The notes under the pieces: generated by a model | The model's database searches: none | Told to the model about the DNA's origin: nothing | Seen by the model: only the letters and a program-made list of their open reading frames with translations | Made by a program: the position numbers and the translations under genes | Part shown: positions 32,574 through 42,513 of the stretch, one piece after another | Numbering within the stretch: the first letter of the stretch is position 1 | How the letters are laid out: the number at the start of each line of letters is the position of its first letter | Assembly (NCBI GenBank): GCA_963794945.1 | Contig: CAWCFT010000005.1 | Location: 32,001 to 96,000 of the forward strand | Direction of reading: 5' to 3' | DNA: 64,000 bases | DNA from: Endomicrobiales bacterium | Lineage (GTDB): Bacteria > Elusimicrobiota > Endomicrobiia > Endomicrobiales > CAWCFT01

Positions 32574-34886
32574 TTATACCATAATACTCTTGTCTATTAC
32601 CCTGTCCAACACTTCTTCTATTCTGGCTTTCACGGCGATTTTACTATACTTATTAATGCATGCCTGTCTGGCTTTTTCACCTTTTTCGGCTGCCATTTGG
32701 GGGTTTGCTAGCACAAAACTGATCTTTCCAGCCAGCTCCTCAACATTTCCCGGCTCATATGTCCACCCGCAATCTTTCAAAATTTCCGGAATATCATTTA
32801 TTTGAGAAGCCACAATCGGACGGGCCATGGCCATAGCGTCAAAAAGTTTGGCCGGTATCTGGCCGATGGAAGAATAATTTTTCCTTTGCGGAATTACTAC
32901 GATATCCGACAATGCCAGAAATTCAGGAATTTTATCGAACGACTGCTGTTCATATATGCGGCATCTTTCCCCCAGCTGCTTCTGTATATCATCGTACAAG
33001 AATTTCTGGTATTTATCTTGCAGATTGAATCCGACAAGCATTAATAAAGCATCGTCTCGCCTTATCCTTATAAAGGCCTCTATCAGTTCATCAATGCCCT
33101 TATGTTCACGCGGTGTCCCTAAAAACAAAATGACCTTCCTGCTAGGTTTTATGTTTAAATGTTCTCTTAAAGTCGTTTTATTGTAAAGCCCAGGATCAAA
33201 TATCCGGGTATCCCTGACGTGAGGAACTATCGTCCCGCCAAACCGTTTTTGCAGAAATGAATTTGAAACAATTTTATTCCTTATCATCATGACCGTAAAT
33301 TCACATATTATCAGCTTTACTATATTGAACGCTGACATAACTTTTTTCAACACGCCGCCTCCGGCCTTGAACCGCTCTAATTCAAACCCAAGCTCCCAAT
33401 CGTCAATATCTACGATTATCGGTGCATTGTTCAAAACGCGCGCTAACACGGCTATAAACAGGCTCGGCAGCACCGCTTTGCTTACAATTATGATATCGCT
33501 ATTTATAGATCTCGCAAGCTTATAACCTGTCTTAAGATAGAAATCATTCTTTTTTACCACTATATATTTATATCTGATTTTCTCCGCCGGCACCTCTACT
33601 GGGAACCAGACCTTATCGTTGAATGCCGGGCCTACGATCTCAACATCATTGTTATCTTTGAGCAGTTCAGCTATCAATGTTGCCCTGCCAACACAATTGT
33701 GGGAAAAATCCGGAGTTATTATAGATATTTTCTTTGCTTTTACAATTTTTGATTCGGGTTCTGCCGAAGTAACCAGACAGTTATCTTCAATCAGTTTCTC
33801 ATAAATATTCTCTAATTTTTCGATCTGCTTGTTTATGTCGAACTTTTCTTTTACCAACTCATTGCCGCATCTTCCCATTCTTTCTGCAAGTGATCTATCA
33901 TCTACGAGAGTCTTGATCGCTTTTGCGATAGCAACAGCATCCTTTTCAGGCACTAGGAGCCCATTCTCTTTATCATTTATAAGGTCAGGAATTCCCCCAT
34001 GATATGTTCCTATCACCGGCAGGCTATGAGTCATCGCCTCAAGAAACACCATACCCAGGCCTTCGCAGTCGCCATCGCTCGCTGTTACGCTCGGCAGGAC
34101 AAACATGCTCGCCTGGCTATACAGTTTTTGAAGCTCATCTTTAGATTTCCAACCAACAAATTCTACGGATTCATTAAGCTTAAGTTCGGTTGCTAACTTT
34201 TCTAATTTATTCTTAAGAGGCCCGTCGCCGCAAACCAGCAATTTGCAGCCGCTTACCGTTTTGTTTACTTCAGCCATTGCGCGAAGCAGATACTCTGTGC
34301 CTTTTTTTTCTACCAGCCTACCAACAGTAAGTATAAGTTTTTCTTCCCTAAGGGCATTTGATTCCACCTGAGTGTTTACTCCCAGGTAATGGGTTATGAC
34401 CCTATCTTTAGGAAAACCTTTTTCGATCAACTGTTTGCTTATAAAATTTGAGACTCCCAGGAAAAGAGACCCATTCCGCTGGAGCTCGCGGAAATGAAGC
34501 CAATAATTGAACCAAGCAGGCGGGTAAACCGTAAACTTGGGCAGGCGAGTGATGTCCTGACCGTGAAAAGTTACCACCAGTGGCAGTTTGTGTTTTTGAG
34601 CAAGCGGGAGAGCATATACACCATCAACGCCAAAATGGGCATGGATCAGTTTAATATCTTTATCCTTGATAACCTCATCAAATACCTGGGACTGCCTAAA
34701 TAGCGTATATTTTAAGCTATTTATCCCATTAAGCGAATTAATATTGCTATATTTGAACAGGTCTCTGTTGCTGTAAGCGCGTGTGAAAACTTCCACATTG
34801 TATTTCTTGGCATTAATTAACTGCTCGTATATGAATCCTTCTGAACGCCTTAGGAAGGTGTTTACAAGACAGCCGATAGTTTTCAC
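32574..34886 (-). CDS. Tandem double GT4 glycosyltransferase (770 aa)
   Basis: Domain 1 HAHFG, GRLVEKKG, EGLGMVFLEAM (WcaL-like); domain 2 DIDDWE, GTPREHKG, PAKLFDAMAM. Confidence 0.85.
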   Translation of the reverse strand: MKTIGCLVNTFLRRSEGFIYEQLINAKKYNVEVFTRAYSNRDLFKYSNINSLNGINSLKYTLFRQSQVFDEVIKDKDIKLIHAHFGVDGVYALPLAQKHKLPLVVTFHGQDITRLPKFTVYPPAWFNYWLHFRELQRNGSLFLGVSNFISKQLIEKGFPKDRVITHYLGVNTQVESNALREEKLILTVGRLVEKKGTEYLLRAMAEVNKTVSGCKLLVCGDGPLKNKLEKLATELKLNESVEFVGWKSKDELQKLYSQASMFVLPSVTASDGDCEGLGMVFLEAMTHSLPVIGTYHGGIPDLINDKENGLLVPEKDAVAIAKAIKTLVDDRSLAERMGRCGNELVKEKFDINKQIEKLENIYEKLIEDNCLVTSAEPESKIVKAKKISIITPDFSHNCVGRATLIAELLKDNNDVEIVGPAFNDKVWFPVEVPAEKIRYKYIVVKKNDFYLKTGYKLARSINSDIIIVSKAVLPSLFIAVLARVLNNAPIIVDIDDWELGFELERFKAGGGVLKKVMSAFNIVKLIICEFTVMMIRNKIVSNSFLQKRFGGTIVPHVRDTRIFDPGLYNKTTLREHLNIKPSRKVILFLGTPREHKGIDELIEAFIRIRRDDALLMLVGFNLQDKYQKFLYDDIQKQLGERCRIYEQQSFDKIPEFLALSDIVVIPQRKNYSSIGQIPAKLFDAMAMARPIVASQINDIPEILKDCGWTYEPGNVEELAGKISFVLANPQMAAEKGEKARQACINKYSKIAVKARIEEVLDRVIDKSIMV

Positions 34887-36412
34887 TGGGCTTTCCTTAT
34901 TATTAGTCTTTTAATAGACTCCATCTCTTCAATGCCGCACATAAGGCTGGTCCCTGCATACACTATAGTAAAAACGCTCAAAGACATAATAAGTTTAACT
35001 ATGTGTCCTGCGGAATGGATATTGTAATAGACCAGCAGGGAAACGGCGGCAGATGACAATGCAATAGCAGAGATAACCGCCATACTTCTACCCATGTCTT
35101 TAAAGTTCATTCCCGGATATTTATTTATTAGCAGTATTATCAGCAGGGAGAAGGCAGCAAGGTCAGATATTGAACGCGCGAGGGCTATACCGCCGACCAT
35201 CATGTTCTTTCTCAATAGAACTCCAGCCGCAACGTTTATGATCAACGCGGCCACATAGACCACCAAAGGTGTTTTACTGTCCTGAATACTATAGTAAACT
35301 CTCAAAACAACATAATTGAGCGCGTAAAAGAGAGCTCCCATGCTGTAATAGAGCAGCGCCGATGACGTGAGCAGAGTGGAAGCAGCATTGAACTGGCCTC
35401 TCTGGAACAAGAGCCTGACTATAGGTTCGCTGTAAAAAAGCATTACCAGGCACAAGGGCAGCGCGAGAAATGCAGTGAGCCTTATGGAAAACGACAGCGT
35501 TTTTTCAAGTTCCTTCAAGTCGTTTCTTGCCGCGTAATCGCTAAGGTACGGAAAAACAGCAGTCCCAAGCGGCACGGCGCACAAAAGCCATATAGTTTCT
35601 CTTATCCTGTTAGCGAAAGTTATGCCCGCCACATTGCCTTCACCGATGCCGGCAGCGAGTGACCGGCTGACAAGGTCGTTTGCCGCAGCTATGAAAGATG
35701 CTATAAATAGCGGTCCCCAGAGTATGAACATCCTTTTTAATTCCGGGGTCATTTTAAGCTCAAACTTGTAGCTGACAGCTTTGTCTTTCAACGACGGAAG
35801 TATTACGATTAATTGGAGCAAAGCTCCGGCTAGGAAACCTATTGCTAGGCTTTTTACGCCATAGTTTGAAGTAAGAGCTACAACACCAAGAATAACTCCG
35901 GCGTTGAGCATTAGCTGGCTAAGAGATGGCGTAAAAAAATGCCGGTGAACGTTAAGGAGACTTCCGTAAAAAGATGCAAGCCCCATAAATATTATCGCCG
36001 GAAATATTATTCGCGTTATATCAACCGCCAATCCGAATGTTTGCGCATCGATCTCTGGAGCGATAGTTTTAACTATCAAAGGAGCTAGAGGATACCCCAG
36101 GAAAGCGGACGCAACAAGGGCCAGCAGCAGGATCGTAACTGTAGTATTGAGCAGTTTCTCGGTTTCTTTTTTGTCGGTTCCCGCGAGGCAGGCTGAATAG
36201 ATAGGGATGAACACCGCAGTAAGGACTCCTCCGGAGATTATTTCCCTAATGAAATCCGGCCCAGCCATTCCGATGAAATAAGCATCGGTTTTATATGTAG
36301 TGCCGAAAAACGCGGCTATGATTATTTCCCGCACAAAACCCAAGATTTTTCCAAGGATGGCGAAAATACCTATTACTAGAGTTGCCTCAGCTATTTTTCT
36401 TTTCTCAAACAT
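34883..36412 (-). CDS. murJ: Lipid II flippase MurJ/MviN family
   Basis: ILGFVREIIIAAFFG..DAYF, AVFIP, LFQRGQF, YSIQDSKTP motifs. Confidence 0.85.
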   Translation of the reverse strand: MFEKRKIAEATLVIGIFAILGKILGFVREIIIAAFFGTTYKTDAYFIGMAGPDFIREIISGGVLTAVFIPIYSACLAGTDKKETEKLLNTTVTILLLALVASAFLGYPLAPLIVKTIAPEIDAQTFGLAVDITRIIFPAIIFMGLASFYGSLLNVHRHFFTPSLSQLMLNAGVILGVVALTSNYGVKSLAIGFLAGALLQLIVILPSLKDKAVSYKFELKMTPELKRMFILWGPLFIASFIAAANDLVSRSLAAGIGEGNVAGITFANRIRETIWLLCAVPLGTAVFPYLSDYAARNDLKELEKTLSFSIRLTAFLALPLCLVMLFYSEPIVRLLFQRGQFNAASTLLTSSALLYYSMGALFYALNYVVLRVYYSIQDSKTPLVVYVAALIINVAAGVLLRKNMMVGGIALARSISDLAAFSLLIILLINKYPGMNFKDMGRSMAVISAIALSSAAVSLLVYYNIHSAGHIVKLIMSLSVFTIVYAGTSLMCGIEEMESIKRLIIRKAQ

Positions 36413-36452
36413 TAATTGTCACCCAGTGCCATTGCGAGCCAGCCTTAAACCT

Positions 36453-36490
36453 AAAAGCCAAAAGCATACTTTTTACAGTATGCTTTTGGC
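36453..36490 (-). terminator. Intrinsic terminator after recA
   Basis: Perfect 14-bp stem GCCAAAAGCATACT / AGTATGCTTTTGGC followed by TTTT on the minus strand. Confidence 0.7.
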
Positions 36491-36517
36491 GTGATCTTTA
36501 TTTTATTCACTTTATAA

Positions 36518-37582
36518 TCACTTCTTCGGCGCACGTTTCGGTGTCTCTCTTTCTTCTGTTTCTTCTTTACTGATCTCCTGTACTGGGGCAACTTCAAAAT
36601 ATTTCTTTCTTATCAACGCCTCGATTTCATCTGCGATCTGAGGATTCTCGGCAAGAAATATCTTTACGTTGTCTCGCCCCTGCCCCAACTTCTCGTTTTT
36701 GTATGAGAAGAACGCTCCTGATTTCTCTATCAACCCTTCGTTGACACCAATATCTACTAGATAGCCTGTTCTGTCAATACCCTGCCCGAACTGAATATCG
36801 AATTCGGCTTGCTTGAACGGCGCGGCTACTTTATTCTTAACGACTTTGACTCTCACGTGATTAGCAATTATCTCGTCGCCTTTCTTGACTGATTCCACCC
36901 TTCTGATATCAAGTCGCATTGTTGCATAGAATTTCAACGCGAGGCCGCCAGGCGTTGTTTCCGGATTTCCCCACATTACACCTATCTTCTGCCTTATCTG
37001 GTTGATAAATATTATAGATGTTTTAGATTTTGAGATGTTTGAAGTAAGTTTTCTAAGTGCCTGGCTCATAAGACGGGCCTGAAGGCCCATATGGGAATCA
37101 CCCATCTCACCTTCAATTTCAGCTCGCGGCACCAAGGCCGCAACTGAATCTATGATTATCACGTCTATAGCGCCGGACCGCACTAGTTTATCAGCTATCT
37201 CAAGCGCCTGTTCACCCGAATCAGGCTGAGAAATTAAAAGGTTATCTATATCCACACCCAGGCTCTTCGCGTATTCAGGGTCCATCGCGTGTTCAGCATC
37301 AATATAAGCCGCTATGCCGGCTTTCTTCTGTGTCTGCGCTACCATGCATAAGGCAAGAGTTGTTTTACCTGATGATTCCGGGCCAAATATTTCTATTACT
37401 CTTCCCCTTGGTATACCGCCGACTCCAACAGCTATGTCAAGCGGCAGCACACCCGTGGAGATAACTTCAACCGGCGACTTGGCGTGTTTTTCACCGAGCC
37501 TCATTATCGCTTCCTTGCCGAAGTCCTTCTCGATCTGCGACAGCGCCAGGTCCAGCGCCTTTAACCTTTCATCCCTTGCCAT
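36518..37582 (-). CDS. recA: Recombinase RecA
   Basis: [49 protein letters not shown]. Confidence 0.98.
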   Translation of the reverse strand: MARDERLKALDLALSQIEKDFGKEAIMRLGEKHAKSPVEVISTGVLPLDIAVGVGGIPRGRVIEIFGPESSGKTTLALCMVAQTQKKAGIAAYIDAEHAMDPEYAKSLGVDIDNLLISQPDSGEQALEIADKLVRSGAIDVIIIDSVAALVPRAEIEGEMGDSHMGLQARLMSQALRKLTSNISKSKTSIIFINQIRQKIGVMWGNPETTPGGLALKFYATMRLDIRRVESVKKGDEIIANHVRVKVVKNKVAAPFKQAEFDIQFGQGIDRTGYLVDIGVNEGLIEKSGAFFSYKNEKLGQGRDNVKIFLAENPQIADEIEALIRKKYFEVAPVQEISKEETEERETPKRAPKK

Positions 37583-37684
37583 TTGAAACCTCCATTATCA
37601 TGATATATTTTATGCTTCACCAATATTTTACGGCGGCATTTTATGCAAAACATATGTATATCTTACCTTTTTCTATCAACAGCT

Positions 37685-38989
37685 TCAAGCAGTTATCGAA
37701 ACATCTTTTTTACCGTACAGGTGTATCCTGTATAACGCGCCATTCAACCCAACCATAAGCCAAAACATCATTGAAAACTTGTCGCCAAATAAATACGTAT
37801 CAAAGCAGCTTTGTACACAGTACCAAATCCACATACCTATAAAACCCAGGGCAATTATTTTCATTTCCTTATTTATCGACTTTTTGTAAACCAAAAACGA
37901 GTATCTTACACTAATGAAAATAATTGCCAAATATGAAATTAGTCCCATGACACCTGTTTCTGCCGCTATCTGAATATAATTGTTATGCGCCGGGACAAGC
38001 GGTACATCTTTATCCGCAAAAGCAAGTAATCCATTGTGATAGTTTGCCAAGCCAACACCAAGGATTGGACGGGCCAAAAATATCTTTATGCCGTTTTTCC
38101 AAAGCGGTTTTCTGTCGAATTCTGAATTAATTGAACCATGATAACGCATCATAATTGTCTCGCGCACAGGCTTGCATATAACAATAAATCCAACCATTGC
38201 AATGACAACAATAATAACTCCCGATACTTTTCGCATATTAATATTTTTTGACAGATGATACACGAAAAATATCAAGATTAACAATAGCGGCACATAAGCG
38301 CTTCTCGTAAATGTTAATATAAGCGCTGCCATTATTATAATACCTGGAATTAAGTATTTATGGCTTAAATTATTGAGAAGCACTGTAAAAGGAATAATGA
38401 GCCCCAAATAGGCGCTGAATGTGATAGAATCTTCAAACGTGCCGAAAGCGCGTATTCCTGTTCCTCCCCAAATAAACCAGTTTGAAGAAACTAGGCCAAG
38501 CGTTGATATATCTTTAATTATCTGCTTCAAGGAGTTTGGTTCCATAACCACACCCAGCAGTTTGTTATGGAGGACAATATTTAAAATATACTCGCGCCCA
38601 AGAACATATTCAGCTATCCCAAATATTGAAGGCAGTAAAGCGGCAATAAAAACTACTTTCAAAAACCTGGTTAATGATTCCCAACTGTCCGCATTAAGAT
38701 AAACAATAAAATAAAGCAAAATAAAACTAGCCCATTTTACAAAACATTGCAGACTGTGAATTTTATCATTAGACACAACGATGCTGACAAACATAACGCA
38801 GATAAAAATAACTATGCTTCTGTCCAAAGAAGAGCTTAGCCACTTTTTCAGGTTCCTGTTTTGCCAAATAGTAGCGATGAATAATAACCCGGCAAGCAAT
38901 TGAGCAATTGACATCGGAACATTTTTATAGAAATAAAAATATAATTGGAAAGGAATCAGGAGAATCAGCAAACAAATAATTTGGGCCAT
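37685..38989 (-). CDS. O-antigen ligase / Wzy-family membrane protein
   Basis: Multiple TMs; RAFGTF, TFTRSA, PILGVG, AHNNYIQIAAETG; start at MAQII because the upstream ORF extension lies inside the IS. Confidence 0.85.
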   Translation of the reverse strand: MAQIICLLILLIPFQLYFYFYKNVPMSIAQLLAGLLFIATIWQNRNLKKWLSSSLDRSIVIFICVMFVSIVVSNDKIHSLQCFVKWASFILLYFIVYLNADSWESLTRFLKVVFIAALLPSIFGIAEYVLGREYILNIVLHNKLLGVVMEPNSLKQIIKDISTLGLVSSNWFIWGGTGIRAFGTFEDSITFSAYLGLIIPFTVLLNNLSHKYLIPGIIIMAALILTFTRSAYVPLLLILIFFVYHLSKNINMRKVSGVIIVVIAMVGFIVICKPVRETIMMRYHGSINSEFDRKPLWKNGIKIFLARPILGVGLANYHNGLLAFADKDVPLVPAHNNYIQIAAETGVMGLISYLAIIFISVRYSFLVYKKSINKEMKIIALGFIGMWIWYCVQSCFDTYLFGDKFSMMFWLMVGLNGALYRIHLYGKKDVSITA

Positions 38990-39038
38990 ATATACTTTTC
39001 CTGTGGACTGCCCCAGCTGAAATTGGACCAGCAACAAA

Positions 39039-39872
39039 CTACTTTTTAACCTTCCAATTCGCATAGAATTTCGACGGCGAAATCATTCCCAGCGCACTAT
39101 GCGGCGCTTTTGTGTTATAATCCTCTACCCAACCACCTATTTTCCCGGCAATATCATCAAAACTCTCGCAAGCGTGCTGATAAACGTAATCCCGCTTGAA
39201 AGTCTTAAAGAATGATTCTGCTATTCCGTTGCTTTCTGGGCTTCTTATTGGTGTATTGCACACCACAAAACCCGCACACTTCAAGAACAACCGAAACTCT
39301 GTTTTGATATATTCCGGGCCGTTATCGCTTAAGAACTCTATAGAGCCTTTTTCAGGTACTGCTTCGTTTTTAAATCGCTTTAAAACAGCGTTTTTGACCA
39401 GGTCCCTGATGTCTTCGCCTTTGATAGATCTTGCCCACCGATATTCAAGTATCTGCCTATCGGCACAGTCTATCAGCATTGCGAATCTGCCTTTTTCACC
39501 GTTCCATGCCTTGATATTAGTTATGTCTGATGCCCACCGTTTATTAGGCTCTGCCACGGATACTACGCCTTCCCTTCGCTCCCGGGCCTTCCTTTTAGTC
39601 CTTTCAGTGCTAAGCCACAGCTTAAGGCGCATATACCTGTGAACTGTCTTAGGATCACACCGTATCCCAAGCTCACATATCATAGCGTGCACCCGACGGT
39701 AACCATATGTCACAGGCCGCTCTTTTATGATCTGCCTTATTACTTCAGCAAGTTCAGGCCTTTTTATCACCGGCATCCGGTATCGGTGCTTTGCTTTATG
39801 GAAATACCATCCCTGGCTCTTTCCAAACACCCGGCAAACGGCTCTCAAAGAACATTGAAATTCAACTGACAA
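39039..39872 (-). CDS. IS3-family transposase OrfB (integrase core)
   Basis: YGYRR, WASDIT, IDCADR, LSDNGPEY, RSPESNGIAESFFKTFKRDY (IS2-like); lies in the -1 frame relative to orfA. Confidence 0.92.
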   Translation of the reverse strand: MSVEFQCSLRAVCRVFGKSQGWYFHKAKHRYRMPVIKRPELAEVIRQIIKERPVTYGYRRVHAMICELGIRCDPKTVHRYMRLKLWLSTERTKRKARERREGVVSVAEPNKRWASDITNIKAWNGEKGRFAMLIDCADRQILEYRWARSIKGEDIRDLVKNAVLKRFKNEAVPEKGSIEFLSDNGPEYIKTEFRLFLKCAGFVVCNTPIRSPESNGIAESFFKTFKRDYVYQHACESFDDIAGKIGGWVEDYNTKAPHSALGMISPSKFYANWKVKK

Positions 39873-39877
39873 TACCC

Positions 39878-40222
39878 TTACATCCCTTCGGGTAATTTTA
39901 ACCCTTTCATTTCGAAGCTTTTTTTTAAAATGTCCAGTTCTAAGGCTTTCCGGCCTAAGGCACGTTCAAGTTCTTCTATCTTCTTTAACGCTTCCGCATA
40001 CTTCACTTTGGGCACTACTTCACCATTGTTCTTAAGGCCTTCTTTTCCATCAGATTCCAGAGTCTTGCGCCACTTATACAGCATTTGCGCATGAATATTG
40101 TACTTCCTGCATAATTCAAACATATCTACACCGGCATTAAACTCGCCCACAATACCCAACTTCTGCTCTAACGTCCACTTCCTATGCCCATGCTTCGTTG
40201 TCCCTACCACCATTTCTTCCAT
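39878..40222 (-). CDS. IS3-family transposase OrfA (HTH)
   Basis: RKWTLEQKLGIV..CRKYNI..LYKWRK..IEELERALGRKALELDILKK. Confidence 0.9.
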   Translation of the reverse strand: MEEMVVGTTKHGHRKWTLEQKLGIVGEFNAGVDMFELCRKYNIHAQMLYKWRKTLESDGKEGLKNNGEVVPKVKYAEALKKIEELERALGRKALELDILKKSFEMKGLKLPEGM

Positions 40223-40281
40223 CGTACCCTCCCTTGATTTTATACCAATTTACTGGTACAATTTTCAAGCGGAGCACACCA

Positions 40282-40383
40282 ATCACCGATATTGCCAATT
40301 ATGCCCTTAAATACAGCATATCTTTTATTTCTCCACAATGGCGCCAACTTGTGATAGTATAATTCTAATAGTATGTTACTCAT
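40282..40383 (-). pseudogene. 5' fragment of a gene truncated by the IS3 element
   Basis: ATG at 40383 with a purine-rich upstream sequence; MSNILLELYYHKLAPLWRNKRYAVFKGIIGNIGD runs straight into the IS end. Confidence 0.45.
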
Positions 40384-40603
40384 TTGTTCTTCCCAAATAT
40401 CATCATTAACATCAGTGAATCTACGGCGGTTTCTTTGTGGCACACTAAAACACTAAAAATACTGAGGCTCGACTTCCTCGACTTCCACTTCATATGCCAG
40501 CAAGAGCTGTCAGGCTTAGAAGGCTCACTAATATCAACCTAACCAGGCGCACATTTCGCACCCAGCCTTTGTGATTTATTGAATAGACATTCAAAAGGTA
40601 CAA

Positions 40604-41383
40604 TCAAGCAAAGTTCTTCTTTTCTGAGTTAAATTTAAGTTTTACATACTCCCTAATAACCAGGCCAATGAATATAGTATTTCCTGTTAAATAGCGTTTC
40701 CATAGCCTTCGGGGTTCAAGGCATAGGCGCCAAAACCATTCCAAGCCATTATTCCTGACCCACACAGGTGCTCGTTTAACTCTGCCTGCCGCCATATCGA
40801 AACTGCCGCCAACACAGATGGAAACTTTCGGGTATATTTCATCCTTGTGTCCCCATATCCATTTTTCCTGTTTAGGCGCCCCAAAACCAAGAAAAAGAAT
40901 ATCCGCCTTTGATTCCGTGATCTTACGAGTTATTTTGGCGTTCTCTTCTTTGTTGTTCTCAAATCCAATTGGCGGTGAATATACTCCAGCCACATTTAAT
41001 TTTAGTATTTTGCGGGTAAGGGCCTCGGCCGCTGCTTTAGCAACGCCTTCTGCTGCCCCAAGAAAGAATATTCTCAAATTTCGCTCAGAGGCCGCTTTGC
41101 ATATTTCTATAAGCAGGTCGGACCCGGCAACTCTTTCTAAAACAGGGTCTCCTAGTAATCTTAACGCCCAAATTAGAGGCACGCTGTCCGGCAAGAGGAC
41201 AACATCTGCCATCATAATATCCCTGAACGCTGTATCTGTGCGGCTTTTTACTATCATATCAACATTACAAGGCACAAACAGCTTTCTTTGGCCGGATGCG
41301 GCGCATGATACCGCTTCGTCAACAACCTCTTGAAATTTATGTTTTGATATTTTGAACTTCAGGAATTCAGCAAAGCCAGGCAT
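40604..41383 (-). CDS. WecB/TagA/CpsF family glycosyltransferase (GT26)
   Basis: RVAGSDL, FFLGA, GFGAPKQEKW, VGGSFD, RAPVW..GLEWFWRL..EPRRLWKRY. Confidence 0.92.
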   Translation of the reverse strand: MPGFAEFLKFKISKHKFQEVVDEAVSCAASGQRKLFVPCNVDMIVKSRTDTAFRDIMMADVVLLPDSVPLIWALRLLGDPVLERVAGSDLLIEICKAASERNLRIFFLGAAEGVAKAAAEALTRKILKLNVAGVYSPPIGFENNKEENAKITRKITESKADILFLGFGAPKQEKWIWGHKDEIYPKVSICVGGSFDMAAGRVKRAPVWVRNNGLEWFWRLCLEPRRLWKRYLTGNTIFIGLVIREYVKLKFNSEKKNFA

Positions 41384-42420
41384 GTTGTCAATACCTCACC
41401 GGGTTTGATTTTTTTCATGCAATCCGTTTCGCATTCGGTTTTGAAACAGCCTTTGCAGGGAATATCAGGTTCAACAATTTTCCCTAGCCCGTAAAGCTCA
41501 AACTCGTTTTTATTGAAAATATTATTAAATAGTACGATCTTTTTTTCAAGCCCGATCGCAATATGCATCGCCATAGATACAGAGGTTACGATCAAGTCGC
41601 ATTTATCCATTAAGCTTGTAAATTTAGACAGCGGAAAAGTCCCAAAGTATTTTATCTTAGCCGCTTTGGCAATATTTCTATTTTTTTCGTGTTCTGCCTC
41701 CCCGCCAAGCGCGACAACTTCGCATCCATTTTTCTTAAGGCCCCGGGCCAGCTCTATCCAATATCTCTCCGGCCAAAGGCGAGTCTGCCACCTGGCTCCG
41801 CAGCCAGTGTTCAACCCAACTACCTTTTTGGCTTTGTTAAGAGGAAACTCACAGTCTTCGGGTTTGGGAAGTATATATTTTTCTTTGTTATATTTATAGC
41901 CGCATATTTCAAATATCTCTTCGGGGTAACTCTTTTTATTTGTCCTGTTCGCGTCATCCCAAATGCCGGTATGCCATTTACTAACTGCACTCTTATTTGC
42001 CGGGTAACATTTGCCGTCTTTTTGAATAAACCCGTATTTTACCTTAGCTTTAATCTTGCTTGCCAATGCTATGGCGCACCTGTCTTTATCAAGATTTAAA
42101 AGAAAATCAAAACTGTTCCTTTCAAGCCAGAGAACGCTATCCAGATCGTAATTAAGAACTATATCCACCATATTCGGAACAAGCTTTGGATACTGTGTAA
42201 GCCATATTATCAACGCGCCAGGGTCATCCCCCTTAATTTTAGTTATTAGAGGAGTCGTTCTAATAACATCCCCAGCGGCCCCCAGCTTAATTATCAAGTA
42301 TTTCTTTGTAATTTTCTCATAATGAGCACAAGGTACGCATTTTTGTCCTGTTTGCTTGTGCCATTTACAGGGGATATCGCTTTTAAAATAACGGCAGTCC
42401 ATTTGAACGTTGTTTTTCAT
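41359..42420 (-). CDS. Glycosyltransferase family 9 (heptosyltransferase-like)
   Basis: IKLGAAGDVIRTTP, GLNTGCG.RW.TRLW, MAMHIA, C-terminal Cys cluster. Confidence 0.85.
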   Translation of the reverse strand: MKNNVQMDCRYFKSDIPCKWHKQTGQKCVPCAHYEKITKKYLIIKLGAAGDVIRTTPLITKIKGDDPGALIIWLTQYPKLVPNMVDIVLNYDLDSVLWLERNSFDFLLNLDKDRCAIALASKIKAKVKYGFIQKDGKCYPANKSAVSKWHTGIWDDANRTNKKSYPEEIFEICGYKYNKEKYILPKPEDCEFPLNKAKKVVGLNTGCGARWQTRLWPERYWIELARGLKKNGCEVVALGGEAEHEKNRNIAKAAKIKYFGTFPLSKFTSLMDKCDLIVTSVSMAMHIAIGLEKKIVLFNNIFNKNEFELYGLGKIVEPDIPCKGCFKTECETDCMKKIKPGEVLTTCLALLNS

Positions 42421-42513
42421 TTCAGCACCTTCCCCTTTTATATTGTAAAATTAAACTGAAACCTGACTGCTATTCTCAGGCGCTTCATAAATTGCATTAC
42501 AAAACCTGTTTAA

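Larger units (their letters stand above)
39004..40281 (-). mobile_element. IS3-family (IS2 group) insertion sequence, ~1278 bp
   Basis: Imperfect IRs TGGACTGCCCCAGCTGAAATTGGACCA / TGGTGTGCTCCGCTTGAAAATTGTACCA; orfA and orfB; no target duplication. Confidence 0.88.

Noticed and set aside
38990..39064. N-terminal extension of the O-antigen ligase ORF
   Set aside because: It derives largely from the IS terminal repeat
40536..40561. GTGCG motifs resembling a group II intron 5' end
   Set aside because: No reverse transcriptase ORF or domain V/VI sequence was found downstream
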